Assembly: GCA_038087875.1 (NCBI GenBank)
Contig: CM075978.1
Coordinates: 180,048,001-180,112,000 of the forward strand
Reading direction: 5' to 3'
Source: Malacoraja senta
Lineage: Eukaryota
Length of the DNA: 64,000 bases
The notes under the pieces were generated by a model. It was not told the DNA's origin and searched no databases. It saw only the letters and a program-made list of their open reading frames with translations. How positions within the stretch are numbered: the stretch's first letter is position 1; every line of letters begins with the position of its first letter. Shown here one piece after another: positions 11,370 through 24,286 of the stretch. The position numbers and the translations under genes are program-made.

Positions 11370-13260
11370 CTCCAATGAAATGGAACTGTAGATGTTGGAA
11401 TCTTGAGCAAAAAACACAGATTGCTGAATTAACTCAGCAGGTCAGGCAACATCACCAGAGAACATGCATAGGCAATGTTTCAGACTACCTATGAATCCTT
11501 CATCAGACTGATTGTAGTCAGCGGGTGAAAGCTGTAGGAGAGGTGGGGGGGGGGGGGGGGGGACGACAAAGCTGGTCAAATGATAGTTTGATATTGGAGT
11601 AAGGGTTGATAAGCAGATGAGTGGACAAAGGCCAGAGATGAAAAGGAGACTAAAAGCTGAGATAAATAGAGAACATGTATGAATTGTGAGCCATGAGGAA
11701 GGTATGTAAGTGGAAACAAATGGGGAGAAGGAGAAATGCGGGGGGGGATAGTGGGAGAAATGCAGCCACAGGGATGAGTGGCAGATAAAGAGGAGGGGAG
11801 GAGTTGTTGATTAGTTAAAAGGATAGAGTTTGCCTGGTTCTTACCTTTCACCCCATCAGCTTCCACATCCAACATATCATTCTCCAACACTTCCACTACC
11901 TTCAACATGATCCCACCAGCAGTCACGTCTTCCCTTCCCCATTCCTTTCCACTTTCTGCAGAGACCATTCCCTCTGCAACTCCTTTGTTTACTCATCCCT
12001 TCCCATCTAAACCACACCTTTCCTAGGTACTTTTCCCCACAACCACAGGAAATGTAACACCTGTCCGTACACCTCCTCCGTAACATCCATCCACGGACCC
12101 CAGCAGCTCTTCCATGTGAGACCGAAGTTCACATGCACCTCCTCTAAACTCATCTACATCATTCTGGGCTCTCGATGTCGCCTCCATTAAAGCCCTGTCC
12201 CACGGTATGAGTTCATTCCAAGAGCTCTCTCGAGTTTGCCCTGATTCGAACTTGGAGATTTACGGTAATGGCCACTCGTCGGTACTCGGGGCTCTCGTGG
12301 ACATTTTTCAACATGTTGAAATCCCATGCTTACCTGCTGTTAGCGAGTCTACCCGAGTACCTGCCATTAGCGGTACGAGCCGCTAAGAGATGTCCCCGAT
12401 TTCCAACGTACCTGCTACGTTCATTCTCCGTGCTTACCACGAGTTTTTTTTTTTTTTAACTCAGGAGAGCTCTTGGAATGAACTCGTACTGTGGGACTGG
12501 GCTTGTACCTACCGTTAGCGAGTCTTCCCGAGTACCTGCCATTAGCATTACAAGCCGCTAAGAGACGTCCCCGAGCTCCGACGTACCCGCTACGTTAATT
12601 CTCCGTGCTTACCACGAGTTTGATTTTTTTAAAACTCGGGAGAGCTTCTGGAATGAACTCGTACCGTGGGACAGGGCTAGATTACATTGGCAACACCAAG
12701 TGTAGCCATAGCGGTCTACAGCCATTTAATCAAACACTTGCTCTCATTCTAATAACCCCCTTTCCCATTCCTGTACTGCTCCATTGCCAGAGTGAGACCA
12801 CACGCAAACTGGAGGAACAGCACATCAACAGCACTTGGGTTACAACAACCTAATGGTATGAATATTGAATTCTTCAATTTTAGTTAACTAACCAGCTTCC
12901 ATCTTTTTTTCTTCACCCTCTCTCTCTGTGCCTACCCATTTCTCATCACTATCCTGCTCCTCTTTCCCCTTTCCTCCACCCCCTTTCACCTACATCTCTT
13001 CTCCTTGATTCACAATTCACAACTTTTCCCTCCTTATTTCTCAGTCTTTTAGTGGCCTATGCATCTCTGTCCAGCCATCTGCTAACCAACCCTCAGATGA
13101 ATCCATCTATTACTTGTCCCACCCACAACTCTCATCCAGCTTTCACTCACCTACTATAATAAATCAGAAGAAGGGTTCTAATCTGAAATGTTGCCTATCC
13201 ATGTTCTCCAGAAATGCTTCCTGACTTTCTGAGTTACTCCAGCACTTTGTGTTTTCTTGC
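11370..13260 (+). mobile_element. Penelope-like element with inverted 5' pLTR, interrupted by a MITE
   Basis: 11370-11820 is a reverse-orientation pLTR. 11820-12190 and 12680-13260 are forward GIY-YIG region and pLTR remnants (KLEEQH-like at about 12810). Confidence 0.7.
12191..12678. mobile_element. MITE / non-autonomous DNA transposon with 38-bp TIRs (Harbinger-like termini)
   Basis: agccctgtcccacggtatgagttcattccaagagctct (12191-12228) is inverted at 12641-12678. No clean TSD is seen, so the superfamily is tentative. Confidence 0.75.
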
Positions 13261-13269
13261 TCAGGTCCC

Positions 13270-13850
13270 CAATGATTCTTAGCAATTTCTATAGATGTAC
13301 TGCAGAAACCATGCTATCCGGATGCATCACAGCTTGGTTTCGCAACAGGTCTGCCCAAAAGTACAAAAAAATTGCATAGATTTGTGCAAGGAGCTAATTT
13401 CATCACACAAGCAGTCCGTCACTCCCTCACGGACTCCACCTATACCATCGTGCCTCAGGAAAGAAGCCCAAGCACTTGGCATCAACAACATTATTGAGGA
13501 CCATTTTAAAACCGGTTATTCCCTCTTCACCCTTCTATTAGCCAGAAGATAAAAAAGCTTAAAAGTATGTGCAGGAGATTTGGGAACGTTTGTTTCTTGG
13601 TGCACTCAGACCACTGAACCATTCTCCCATAAGCCAGAGTGTTATCCCTATCTCCCAACCTACCCCATTGAGCTCTTTTTTGTTTTTCTGCACTTTCTCT
13701 GTAACTGTAATGTTATAAAACTGTAACACAATATTCTGCATTATGTATTTTGTTTTTTCCTACACAAACTATTGTAGTTGTGCGTGGGTCGATTGCACAT
13801 GCATAGTATGATTTAACTAGATAGAATGTTATTTTGCTGTATGTTGCTAC
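13270..13850 (+). mobile_element. Degenerate Rex1/Babar 3' fragment
   Basis: Homologous to the 3750-4100 region (gcatcacagc...ggttt...aaaaattgca...cctcaggaaag), interrupted by unrelated sequence. Confidence 0.5.
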
Positions 13851-14058
13851 ACCTGATACCGAAAATCAAACCAATGAGAATATAATCCAAAACCACACCT
13901 AGAGAATTTCAAGAAAAATCAGTTCTTTTGGAAAAGCACAACAATTACGAGAATAATAGAATTTCTAAAATTGAAAATGAAACAAAAATTGAAGTAATGT
14001 CAGAAGAGTAAGACTGATTGGGATTGAGTCAGCATAAAATCATAAGACAAAAGAATAG

Positions 14059-16661
14059 AATAGTAAGATTAAATGAGAACTTACCAGTTTGAAGTTTGAT
14101 CTTTATTTTATGAGGAGTTGCGTTGAGGGATTACGTGAAGAAGAGCCCGTCCAGCCGCACACGCGTCAATCTTCAAAGCAGCGGAGTGAAATCACAGACA
14201 ACAATTACTGAAGTATGATAGTAAGATACATAAAGACTAGAACTACCAGCTCGATCTTTTATGAGGGTGGGAGCGGAGGGCACGTAATCCCTCAACGTAA
14301 CTCCTCATAAAATAAAGATCAAACTTCAAACTGGTAAGTTCTCGTTTAATCTTACTATTTTACTTCGGAGTCACGTGAGTGACTACGTGAAGATTTCAAA
14401 GCTCTGTGATTTCACGCCGTAGATTCAAATCCAGGCGCTCACTGCATTGATTGACTCTAAATAAGTAAAACAATCAACAATGCACAACCACAACATGGAT
14501 GCAACCAGTTAATGGTTAATTTATCACCATAATAGTAACCCCTTTATCACAAGAGGAATATTTAATACTAAATCCAAAAATAACACCACCAAATAACCAC
14601 AGGTATTATAATCACCTTATGGTAATACTTGTGAATTCTTTCACTTATGCCTGCAGCCACGAGGATATGTTCTATTAGAACATCCATTTCCTTGGCCGTC
14701 AAACTTGATGGTGCCCTGGTGAAATAAGATTTAAATTTGTCAGTATCCATACCTGCATCAAGCAACACATGCTTCAGCCATTTTAAAATAGTCTAAACCG
14801 ACATTTTCTTATGCAGCTATTTATGGCTAATAAAAATACTGATACTGAACCTCTTTAAGGTTCTGATAGCTTCAATCTAACATTGTAAATGTGATACCAC
14901 ACATAGACATGGATCTGTAGGATATGCTGAAACCCCAACTTACATCCTTTGATTCCACATCTACTCTGTTTAAGCAATTCATAGACATAGAACACAATAG
15001 TAACTGTGGCTCTTTCCATCATGTCTATTCGTACTTTCTGCAATAGTTGCACTCTCTGTGCTTGAACCAGTCCCCTGAGCTTGACTTCCTTAATTAGTTA
15101 TTCAAGCCAAGGACAGCACTATAATAGGAGTCCATTAACAAAAAACAATATAACATATCTCTTACATTCCAGATTCTTGTATACTTGTGTCTAAGAGGTT
15201 TAGAATTAAAAATCCTTTCATAAATCTGCAGACCAAAGGGTGTAACCCTACAACATTTTATTCTGATTCCTCCATAGATATGTAGTAACGGCACTCCTTG
15301 CAGTATTCATAGCATTATAGCTTAACTGCTAATAAAATAAAGAGTTTACAGAACTCTAACACTACTGATATGTCTATAGTGTGATATGTAATATTCTGCT
15401 TAAGCAAAACATATCCCATTTCCTTATGTAAGAAATGTACTACTTCTGGGTAATATCCCTCCAGATTGCAATAATATCCACAGTACAATCTGATAGTCCT
15501 CTTCCGATAAATGTCACTCCTTAAAATCTGTAAATCAACAAACCAATACGATTATGTAAAGGATATGAATCATCAGTTATAGGGTGCACAAACAGATTAA
15601 TTCTGTTTGGAAATCATAAGAGGCTTTGTGATCATTTTTTAACACCTGAGGGTACCATGGTTTTGTAGATCCAATCTGTTACCACCAATACTCCCTAAAC
15701 GGAATCCTGTCTGCTCTTCTGTATATACTGTTAAATGAGACAAAATGGACAAATTGTACACAAACATTCTACCCCAATGCAGCGAGAAACATCCACCGCT
15801 ACTGCCCCAGTATCAGGCTCTATAACATATATTTAGGTAATTGGTGGTTAAATCTGGATACAAACAAGTCATCAATCGTGCAACAATATTATTAAATTTC
15901 TCACGATCCAACATACATTCTGAATTATCATTGATTTACATGACCTTGAGTCTTCAACTATATTAAATCTACCTCATAGGTAGATTACCAATCAAATATT
16001 TCTGGTAAACACCAGATCCAGATCACATTAGCCAGTCTATTACAAGATACTGACTTAAACCACTCGAATGATTGACATACGTTCTATTCCGTAGTGTCAA
16101 TCTAAATCTAAACATGCAAACTTTGCTTATAAGAGCAATAAGCTTTAGGTCATAAATGTTCCTAAAACTTTCATTAATGATCCCTTGTTATTAGATCAAA
16201 AGGTACTTTCTCCATATTCCATGTACCTCCACAGCTGAAAATACTTGTAAGTATGACCTCAACTTAGAGCACTACCATTAGTGTGTAGCATAATGGAAGG
16301 TGTTCAGCCAGAATCTCTCTGGAGGCATTTGAGACACTCCTGATTCATTAATATTCCAGTAATAACTGCAACTGGCAAATACATGGCCTGGCAAACTTAC
16401 CCTAAATTGTATTATCCATTCCTCTATACATGCTTACTGTAAACTCTGATAATCCAGCAGTCTAAATTCTACAGCTGAAAATAAGCAAATGTTTGTAAAG
16501 TAGGCTTGTTTCCTGCCTAATTGAGGGTTGGTGCTCTGTAATGAGCTTATTACAACTTCCAATTAAATGCCTAATTGAGGATTAGTGCTCTATAATGGCC
16601 TTTATACAATGGTTGATGCTCTGTAATGAGCTTTATACAACTTCCACTTAAATGCAGCCTT
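14059..16661 (-). mobile_element. Outer DIRS1 element, 3' half (decayed RH/MT/YR plus ICR and right ITR)
   Basis: 76-bp inverted arms at 14062-14137 and 14281-14356, and an ICR junction cttact-ATT-ttacttcgg. The internal sequence is colinear with but diverged from 17000-19330. Confidence 0.88.
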
Positions 16662-17168
16662 AATAGTAAGATTAAACGAGAACTTACCAAGTTTGAAGTT
16701 TGATCTTTATTTTATGAGGAGTAACGTTGAGGGATTACGTGAAGAAGCCCCGTCCAGCCGCACACGCGTCAATCTTTCAAAGCAGCGGAGTGACAATCAC
16801 AGACGATAATTACTGAAGTATGATGGTAAGATGCATAAAGACTTAGAACTACCAGCTTGATCCTTTTATGAGGGTGGGAGCGGAGGGCACGTAATCCCTC
16901 AATGTTACTCCTCATAAAATAAAGATCAAACTTCAAACTTGGTAAGTTCTCGTTTAATCTTACTATTTTACTTCGGAGTCACGTGAGTGACTACGTGAAG
17001 ATTTCAAAGCTCTGTGATTTCACACCGTGTATTCAAATCCAGGTGTTCACTGCATCGATTGACTCTATTTGAGTAAGCACAATCAACAATGCATAACCAC
17101 AACATTTGAATGTAATCAGTTAATGGTTTTATTTATTTTAATAAAAGTAACAAAATTAGGCCCATTTA

Positions 17169-18159
17169 TTATAATGGGGGATTTAATACTGTATCCAGCA
17201 CGGCATCACCAAACCCTCTGAGATCTTTAATCTCCTTATGGTAATACTTGTGAAACATCTGTTCACTTGCCCATCCTGCGGCCGCGAGAATAAGGTCTAT
17301 TGTCTGAATCCCTGGCCGCTGATGTTGATGCCGCCCTGGTGGAATGAGATTTAAATTTATCAGTATCAATACCTGAATATCTCAACACCTGTTTCAACCA
17401 TCGTGAAATTGTTTGTGTTGACACTTTCTTATGAGGCTTTTTATGACTAATAAAAAATGCCAATTCGGTGCCTCTTAAAACTTTTGTTGTTTCTATGTAA
17501 CATTTCACATATGTTACTACACACAGTCGTGGATCTGTAGGATATGCTAAAAATTCCAACTTGCATCCTGTGAACCTAGGTCTACTTTGCTTTAGTAAAT
17601 CATAGACATAGAATGTCACAGCATTTGGCCCTACTTTCATTCTATCAATTCTGAGTTTCTGTAATGTTTGAACTCTCTGAGCTGAAACTAATGCCATGAG
17701 CATAACCAATTTCATGGTGATTTTGGATAATGACAGAGTTTCAACTGGATTCCAATTCCTTAGCAACATCAGTATATCTTTTACATTCCAAATTTCTGTA
17801 TACCTAGGTCTGGGAGGATTAGAGTTGAAAATTCCTTTCATAAACCTACAGACCCAAGGATGTGCTCCTATTGGAGTTTGTTCTGATTCACTGCTTAAAT
17901 ATGCAGAGAGTGCACTTCGTGCAGTATTAATTGCACTATAATTTAATTTTAATTCATAGTATAGAGTAGAAAGGAACTCTATTACATCTGAAATTTCTGC
18001 TGTGTTATATGCAATATGTTTCCCTGAACAAAACTCCTCCCATTTCTTTATATAGGAGATGTACTGCTTCTGGGTACTATTCCTCCAGGCTGATGTTATA
18101 ACATCCACCGTACGGTCTGATAATCCTTTTCCAAGATATGGCGTTCTTAGAATCTGCAA
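17169..18159 (-). pseudogene. DIRS1 tyrosine recombinase (frameshifted)
   Basis: 298-aa ORF with SAQRVQTL and HSTRAASTSAA. The catalytic AAGW...FHKYY segment lies in another frame (17169-17369). Confidence 0.9.
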
Positions 18160-18250
18160 ATCAACAAACCAATATGATCATGTAAAGGATGTGGTTCATC
18201 AGTCACAGGGTGTACAAGCAGTTTAATCTGCTTTGGAATAACCATAAGGG

Positions 18251-18340
18251 TTTATTTTTATTTATTTATTTATCTATTTATCTATTTATTTATTTATTTA
18301 TTTATCTATTTATTTGTTTATTTATTTATTTATTTATTTG
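18251..18340. repeat. (TTTA)n microsatellite inside the inner DIRS1
   Basis: Directly visible; it interrupts the MT-like region. Confidence 0.95.
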
Positions 18341-19990
18341 ATTTTTTAAATTTATTTTTTAACACCAGTGGGTACCATAGCTGTTTTGGCCAATCTGGTA
18401 CTACCAAAATCCCTGAGGCTGAATCTTGTTTAATTTTCTGTATGCATCTGTGGATTAAACAAAATGGCGGAAACGCATACAGAAACATACCACCCCAATG
18501 TAGCGAGAAAGCATCCACCGCTACTGCTCCAGGATCAGGTTCCCATGACACATACTTAGGCAAATTGGTGGTTCAATCTTGATGCAAACAGATCAATTTC
18601 TGGCATTACAAATTGTGTGATAATTTGTGTGAATATTTTCCGATTTAACATCCATTCTGTATTATCATTAAATTTACGTGATCTTTTGTCTGTAATTGTA
18701 TTAAATTTACCTGGTAAATATATTGCTGACAGCCAAATTTTCCTGGCAATACACCAGGTCCAAATTTCATTCGCTAATTTATCACATGATTCTGATTTTA
18801 TACCACCCATGTGATTTATGTATGCTACAGCTGTAGTATTGTCAACCTGTACCTGAACATGCACATTTCCCATATCAGTGCAATAAGCTCTAAGGCCGTA
18901 AAATGCGCCTAATAGCTCTAGGTAATTGATTCCCAGATTTTCCAGCAAAGGTACTTCATTCACATTCCACCTACCTCCACAGCTGGAAATCATGTTAGTA
19001 GCGCCGCAACCCAGCGCACTTACATCAGTCTGTAGAGTGATGGAAGGTGTTTCTACCAGAACTTTTCTGGAAGCATTAGAAACATTGTTAATCCACCATT
19101 CTATTTCTGTAATGGATTAAATTGTTCATTTCATGGGCCTGTCAAAATGCCCTCTATTCATTTTTAACGCTTGTACCTTAGCTCTCTGTAAACATTGATA
19201 ATGCAATGGTCCAAACGTGATCGCTGGAAACCCTGCAATTAATTTGCCTAGCAAGCTTGCCACTTCTCTAATTGAAGGTGTGTCCTCGTTAATGAGTTTT
19301 ATGCAACCTTCAATTAACTGCAGCTTTTATCTTTTGGCAAAGTGATTACCATGTGTTCGGAGTTAATTGTGAACCCTAGGTAATCAATCTTTTTGCTTGG
19401 TAACAATTTAGATTTTTGTAGGTGAATAATGAAACCTAATTTCTCAAAAATGTATTTGACTCTGGATACTGACAATTTTGCAGCAGCCAAAGTGTCCCCT
19501 ACAATGAGGATATCCTCTAAATAAGCCATTAATACATGGCCCTCAGCTCTTAACAGAACTAAAATTGGTTTGAGCAATTCAGTGAATAATCTTGGTGCTG
19601 AAATCAGACCATTGGGCAATGCTTTAAATTGCCATAACTGACTCATCCATCTAAATTTCAAATATCTTTGATCATTACCATGCATTGCCACGGAATAATA
19701 TGCATCTTGCAGATCTATGCTTGCCATGTAGCAATTTTCTGTGATTAGCTGAATTGCATTAGTAAATGTTTCCATTTTGAAATGTTGGTATTGTACATAA
19801 AGGTTAAGATTTGTCAGATCCAATATGATTCTACATCCACCATCCTTTTTTGTTCTTGGAAAAATATTTGATACAAACTGATGGTGTTGTTCTACTGACT
19901 TCTCTATTACCCCCTTTTTGGTTAAAGTTTATAATTCTCCTTTGATCAACTTATTCTCTTCTTTTGAGAACATTCGTGACCAGCATGAAT
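18330..19990 (-). pseudogene. DIRS1 RT / RNase H / methyltransferase-like ORF (broken)
   Basis: RT: IDLQDAYY, LPNGL..APRLFT, AYLEDIL. RNase H: TDVSALGCG-like, NYLELLGA, DNTTAVAYIN. MT-like: IDLFAS, DAF..YAFPP. Split by stops and frameshifts. Confidence 0.88.
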
Positions 19991-20360
19991 TTCCTTGCCT
20001 TGGAGGATCCAAATGTGGATAGAAACTCAATTTTGAATCCTACAATGCTATTTAGAATAAATGAATCATTTCCTTTAGGAAGAATCGTAACCTTCCCCCT
20101 ACTTGTGAATGTGAAACATTTATTGTATCCTTACCAGACCAGGACACCCTACCTTGGGGTTTGCCACCGGCAATTGTCCGCTTCTGGTAGGCACATTGTA
20201 ACCTCCACGTATCCCCGGTGCAGCACGCCAACATGTATACGAGAATGATTGGCTTGTTCCTTCTCCAGCACCAGTATTCCGCCTGTAGGGATACTGCCTT
20301 CGCACCGCTCTGCTCATCATCGGTGGTTTCATCATCATGCCACTCAAGGTTCTTGACTCT

Positions 20361-21662
20361 TCATTCAAGCCCTTTTAGCTTCTTTGCTAGATTTTCTCCA
20401 AACAGCAGCTTAGGCATTTGTATGTTGGTTGGTTTGCAGAGCCCTGCATACTTAGGATGAATATTTGGTTTTATTGCATTTTTATGAATATAATTTATTT
20501 CAAAATGTGCACCACACATCAGTGCCAGAGCATCTTGTTGTGAATCTGATACATAATCATCATCCAAACCTCTGGCAAATGCCGTGATGCCTGACCCCAG
20601 CAATTTCAATACACGTTGCAATTTCAATTCTTGTGAGCGTAAACCAATGCTCAAATAACCCCAAATCAAGTTATTTACTGCTGGAACTGTCAGCAATTCA
20701 CAATTTGCTGGGGCCTCGTACTGTTTCATAGTCTCATCCATAGTTACTTCCTGGAGCTGATGGGAGAGTAGATAGTTTATAGTCATTGCTATTTCCTCCC
20801 TCAAAGGTTCCCCCTTTATTCTAGGAACAGCAAACTTTTGTGCTAGTCCAGGGACTTTCAGCTCTGATAATTGGCTCTCATCCTCATAGAATTCATCTTC
20901 TGAATGTAGATGTTCCTATTCAGGTTTGGTAAATTCTGGCTCCCCTGTTTCAGGTAAGTCTATGCCAGATTCCCCCTGCGTGGGCTCTCTTATAGGCCCA
21001 TGGATAGGCAGCCCTGTTTCAGGTGCTGCTGGCGCTGGCTCAACTCTAGGCCAACGCTTCATAATTTTCCCTTTAGGAACTTTCGGTGATGGCACATAAG
21101 TACGTTTGTACTGTCTTTTTTGAGACATTTCTGGTACTGGCTCTTCAGTAGGCCAGCACATATACTGCCTTTTTTCAGGCATTTCTGGCACTGGCTCTCC
21201 TGTAGGCCAACCACTGTAATACCTTTGCACAGTCATTTCTGATGGCTCTCCTGTAGGCCACCCTTGTGCCTGTCCCAACCAAGGCACACCCTGTGCTGTA
21301 TCCTCCATTGGCCAACACCGACCTGATTCCTCCTGTGGGGGTTCTTTGTAAATCCCCATCAGGAGCTCTAAACTGGCGACCCTTGCAGCCATAACATTTT
21401 CTGCTGCAGGAGGGTATTCCTCCGGGTCTGACTCTTCCGAGTCTACAGGTCGGGCCGACTTTTGTCCAGCCTTGCGCCCCGCCGCCGGCGGTTTAATGGC
21501 ACATTCGACCGTAACGGGAGTTGATGGCTTCGATGCCACTGCCTCCTCTTCCTGACGCCTGCTACCCTTAGCATCGGGGGTTTTACCCGCGGTGCGTCCC
21601 TGGCCTCTCCTTCCCCTACGCTCTTCTCCATTCTGAGTTTGTGTGGACCTCTGCCAACACAT
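20361..21662 (-). pseudogene. DIRS1 gag-like ORF1 (two fragments) with internal short repeats
   Basis: ORFs 20916-21662 and 20361-20804 (PANCELLTVPAVNNLIW...LQRVLKLL) occupy the gag position upstream of RT. Confidence 0.75.
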
Positions 21663-21869
21663 CTGAGCGAGAAGAAAAGCGCCCTGTAAGTAAAAACGAA
21701 ACCACTTACCTTGTCCGATTTTTACTTTAAATTTGCTTTACTCACCGCTGGAGGAGCTCCTGCTCCTCCACACACGGTCATGAACGCTATGCGATCTGAT
21801 CGATAATGACGCTTGTGCGGCTGGACGGGGCTTCTTCACGTAGTCACTCACGTGACTCCGAAGTAAAAT

Positions 21870-24286
21870 CCATAATCGGATCACAATCATGTGTTCTCAT
21901 TTAATAATGGAACCCAAATAATCAATAACTGTGTTGGAGACTGTTTAGATTTATCTCGATGGTTAATAAATCTCCAAAGTGAGCTTGATTCTAACACTCA
22001 TGGTTCTGTTGTAGTCTGAATGTTTCCTACAATCAGAATATGGCAATGGACCATTACCAAATGGCCCTGAGTTCTTAGTAAAGCTAATATTAGATCCAAC
22101 ACCTGTCAAATAGTCTCAGGACTGAGACTAAACATTAATACAATGCTTTAAATTGCCATAATTGGCTTATCCAGTTAAAATTAAAATATCTATTATTACC
22201 ATACACAGTCACATAGTAAAATGCATATTTTTGAAATTGGCTGCATAACATTACCAAATGTTACCAACTGTTTATACTGTACAAAAAAGAGTTACAATTT
22301 GTCAGATCTAGAATAATTCTGCACCCACCATCCTTATTTGCTCTCATAACATACTTGGCATTAATTGATGGTAATGGTGAACTGACTTCTTAATCATCTC
22401 TTTTTCACAATATTTCATGTTTTGTCTGAATCTACATATTCTCTTATTTTGAGAAATATTTGTCTGGTTTCAAAGACCTTAGTAAGAGAAACCAAATATG
22501 GGTAGAACTACATTCTAAACCCCACAATACTGTACAGTATAATATCAAATTGCCATCTTTTAGCAAGAATTGTAATCTTCCCCAACTTGTAAGTGTAAAA
22601 CATTTAATATGTTTCTTACAGAACCAGACCTCCTCCTAAGGGTTTGCCTATGGCAATTGTTATCCCCTGATCTTAGTGGAATATTATAACTTCCACATAT
22701 CTCAGGAGGAGTGCGCCTATAACGCACATATGGGAAAGACAAAATTAATACTTTACTATCCCCAGTCACCACATATTGGGAGGGAAAACTGCCTTAATTT
22801 GATCTCAATCACACAGGATCATACATTTTTTGGCTAGATCTTTCTAAAAACAGATTAATAGACAATTTAAATATTAGATGGTGTACAGAGCCCCCAAACT
22901 TAGGGTATATATTAGGTTTTATAGCACTTTTATAAATACAGTTATTTGAAAGTGCGCACTACACATGAGTGCTAATTCAACCTTGTTGTGATATAAACAC
23001 ATGCTCTCCATCCAACTTTTGGTCAAAAAAGCCTTAACGCCTGACCAGTAATTTCAATACCCTCTCCCCCGCTGAGACTTGCTTATCATGCTCAATACTG
23101 CGGGTTTTATATTTGTAGACAGCTCATACCTGGTTAGAACCTGGAGCTGCTGGGAGAGTAAGTATTTGATTGACATAGTTTATTTATCTCCCAATGGGTC
23201 CCTCATCTTTTGGAACCACAACTTTGATATATTGTGCCAACTCTGGTCCTATGGCTCTGTATTGGGCTCTAGTCCTCATATGATCAGTTTACTTGAATCT
23301 TTGTATGAAATAATCCTCCTCATGGAGGGGCGAATTTACATCCTGCTTCAGGTATCTCTAGCGCTGGCTCTCCCATAGGCCTACGCACAGCAACCCTTCC
23401 AGTTGCTCTCCATGCGGGCTCTCCTGTAGGCCCATCATAGGCAGCCCTCTTTCAGGTGCTGCTGGCGCTGGCTCACCTGTAGGCCAACGCTAACTTCCAG
23501 ATATAGTTGGCGCTGGCTCTCCTGTAGACCAAGCATTTGCTCACACTGGCTCACCTGTAGGCCAGCGCTGAACCGGACTTTCCCAAATACTTCCTACGCT
23601 GGCTCTCCCTTAGGCCAACATTGAGCCGGACCTTCTAAAGCACTCCATGCGCTGGCTCTCCTCTAGGCCAACGCTAAACCTGGACCTCCACCAGGCACTC
23701 CCTGCACTGGCCCTGTAGGGACAATGCTAAACCGGACCTTCCCCAGGTACTTCATACACTGGCTCTTCTCTAGGCCAACACTAAGCCCGGACCTTCCACA
23801 GGCACTTCATACGCTGGCTCTCCTTTAGGCCAACGCTAAACCTGGACATTCCCCAGGCATTCCCTGCACTGCCTTGCAACTAGGTTTTAAATATAACAGA
23901 CTAGTTACCTGAATCGGGGATCCTTCGGTCTGACTTCTCTAACGGCCACCTCTATTTCTATGCGCTCTAATGGCGCTAAACAGTAACCGTTTAAAAAAAA
24001 AAAATTTTAAAGGGCGTCCGCTACTCACAGACCTGAGTACTCTGCGGTACACCTCTACAAAATGTCTTCATTATGACTTGTGTTTTCTCCACTACAAGTC
24101 TTTTCAAGAAATCAACCTGAAAAACGTAAGTAAAAACTTACCTTCAGGTTTTTTACTTACCGGTTTGGAAGAGCTCTGCTCACTCCAAACACATCGGCAC
24201 TCACGCTATGCGTCTGACGATATGACGCGTGTGTGGCTGGACGGGCTCTTCTTCACGTAGTCACTCACGTGACTCCGAAGTAAAAT
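21870..24286 (-). mobile_element. Outer DIRS1 element, 5' half (left ITR, decayed gag and RT)
   Basis: Left terminus ...gactccgaagtaaAAT at 24286. Colinear with inner-element 19340-21860. Imperfect tandem repeats of about 60 bp at 23400-23880. Confidence 0.88.

Larger units (their letters stand above)
16662..21869 (-). mobile_element. Full-length DIRS1-type tyrosine-recombinase retrotransposon (inner, frameshifted)
   Basis: Bounded by ATT at both ends. Left ITR 21807-21866, right ITR 16736-16771, right extension 16665-16741, and ICR 16888-17001. Carries gag-like, RT, RNase H, MT-like and YR ORF fragments. Confidence 0.95.
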
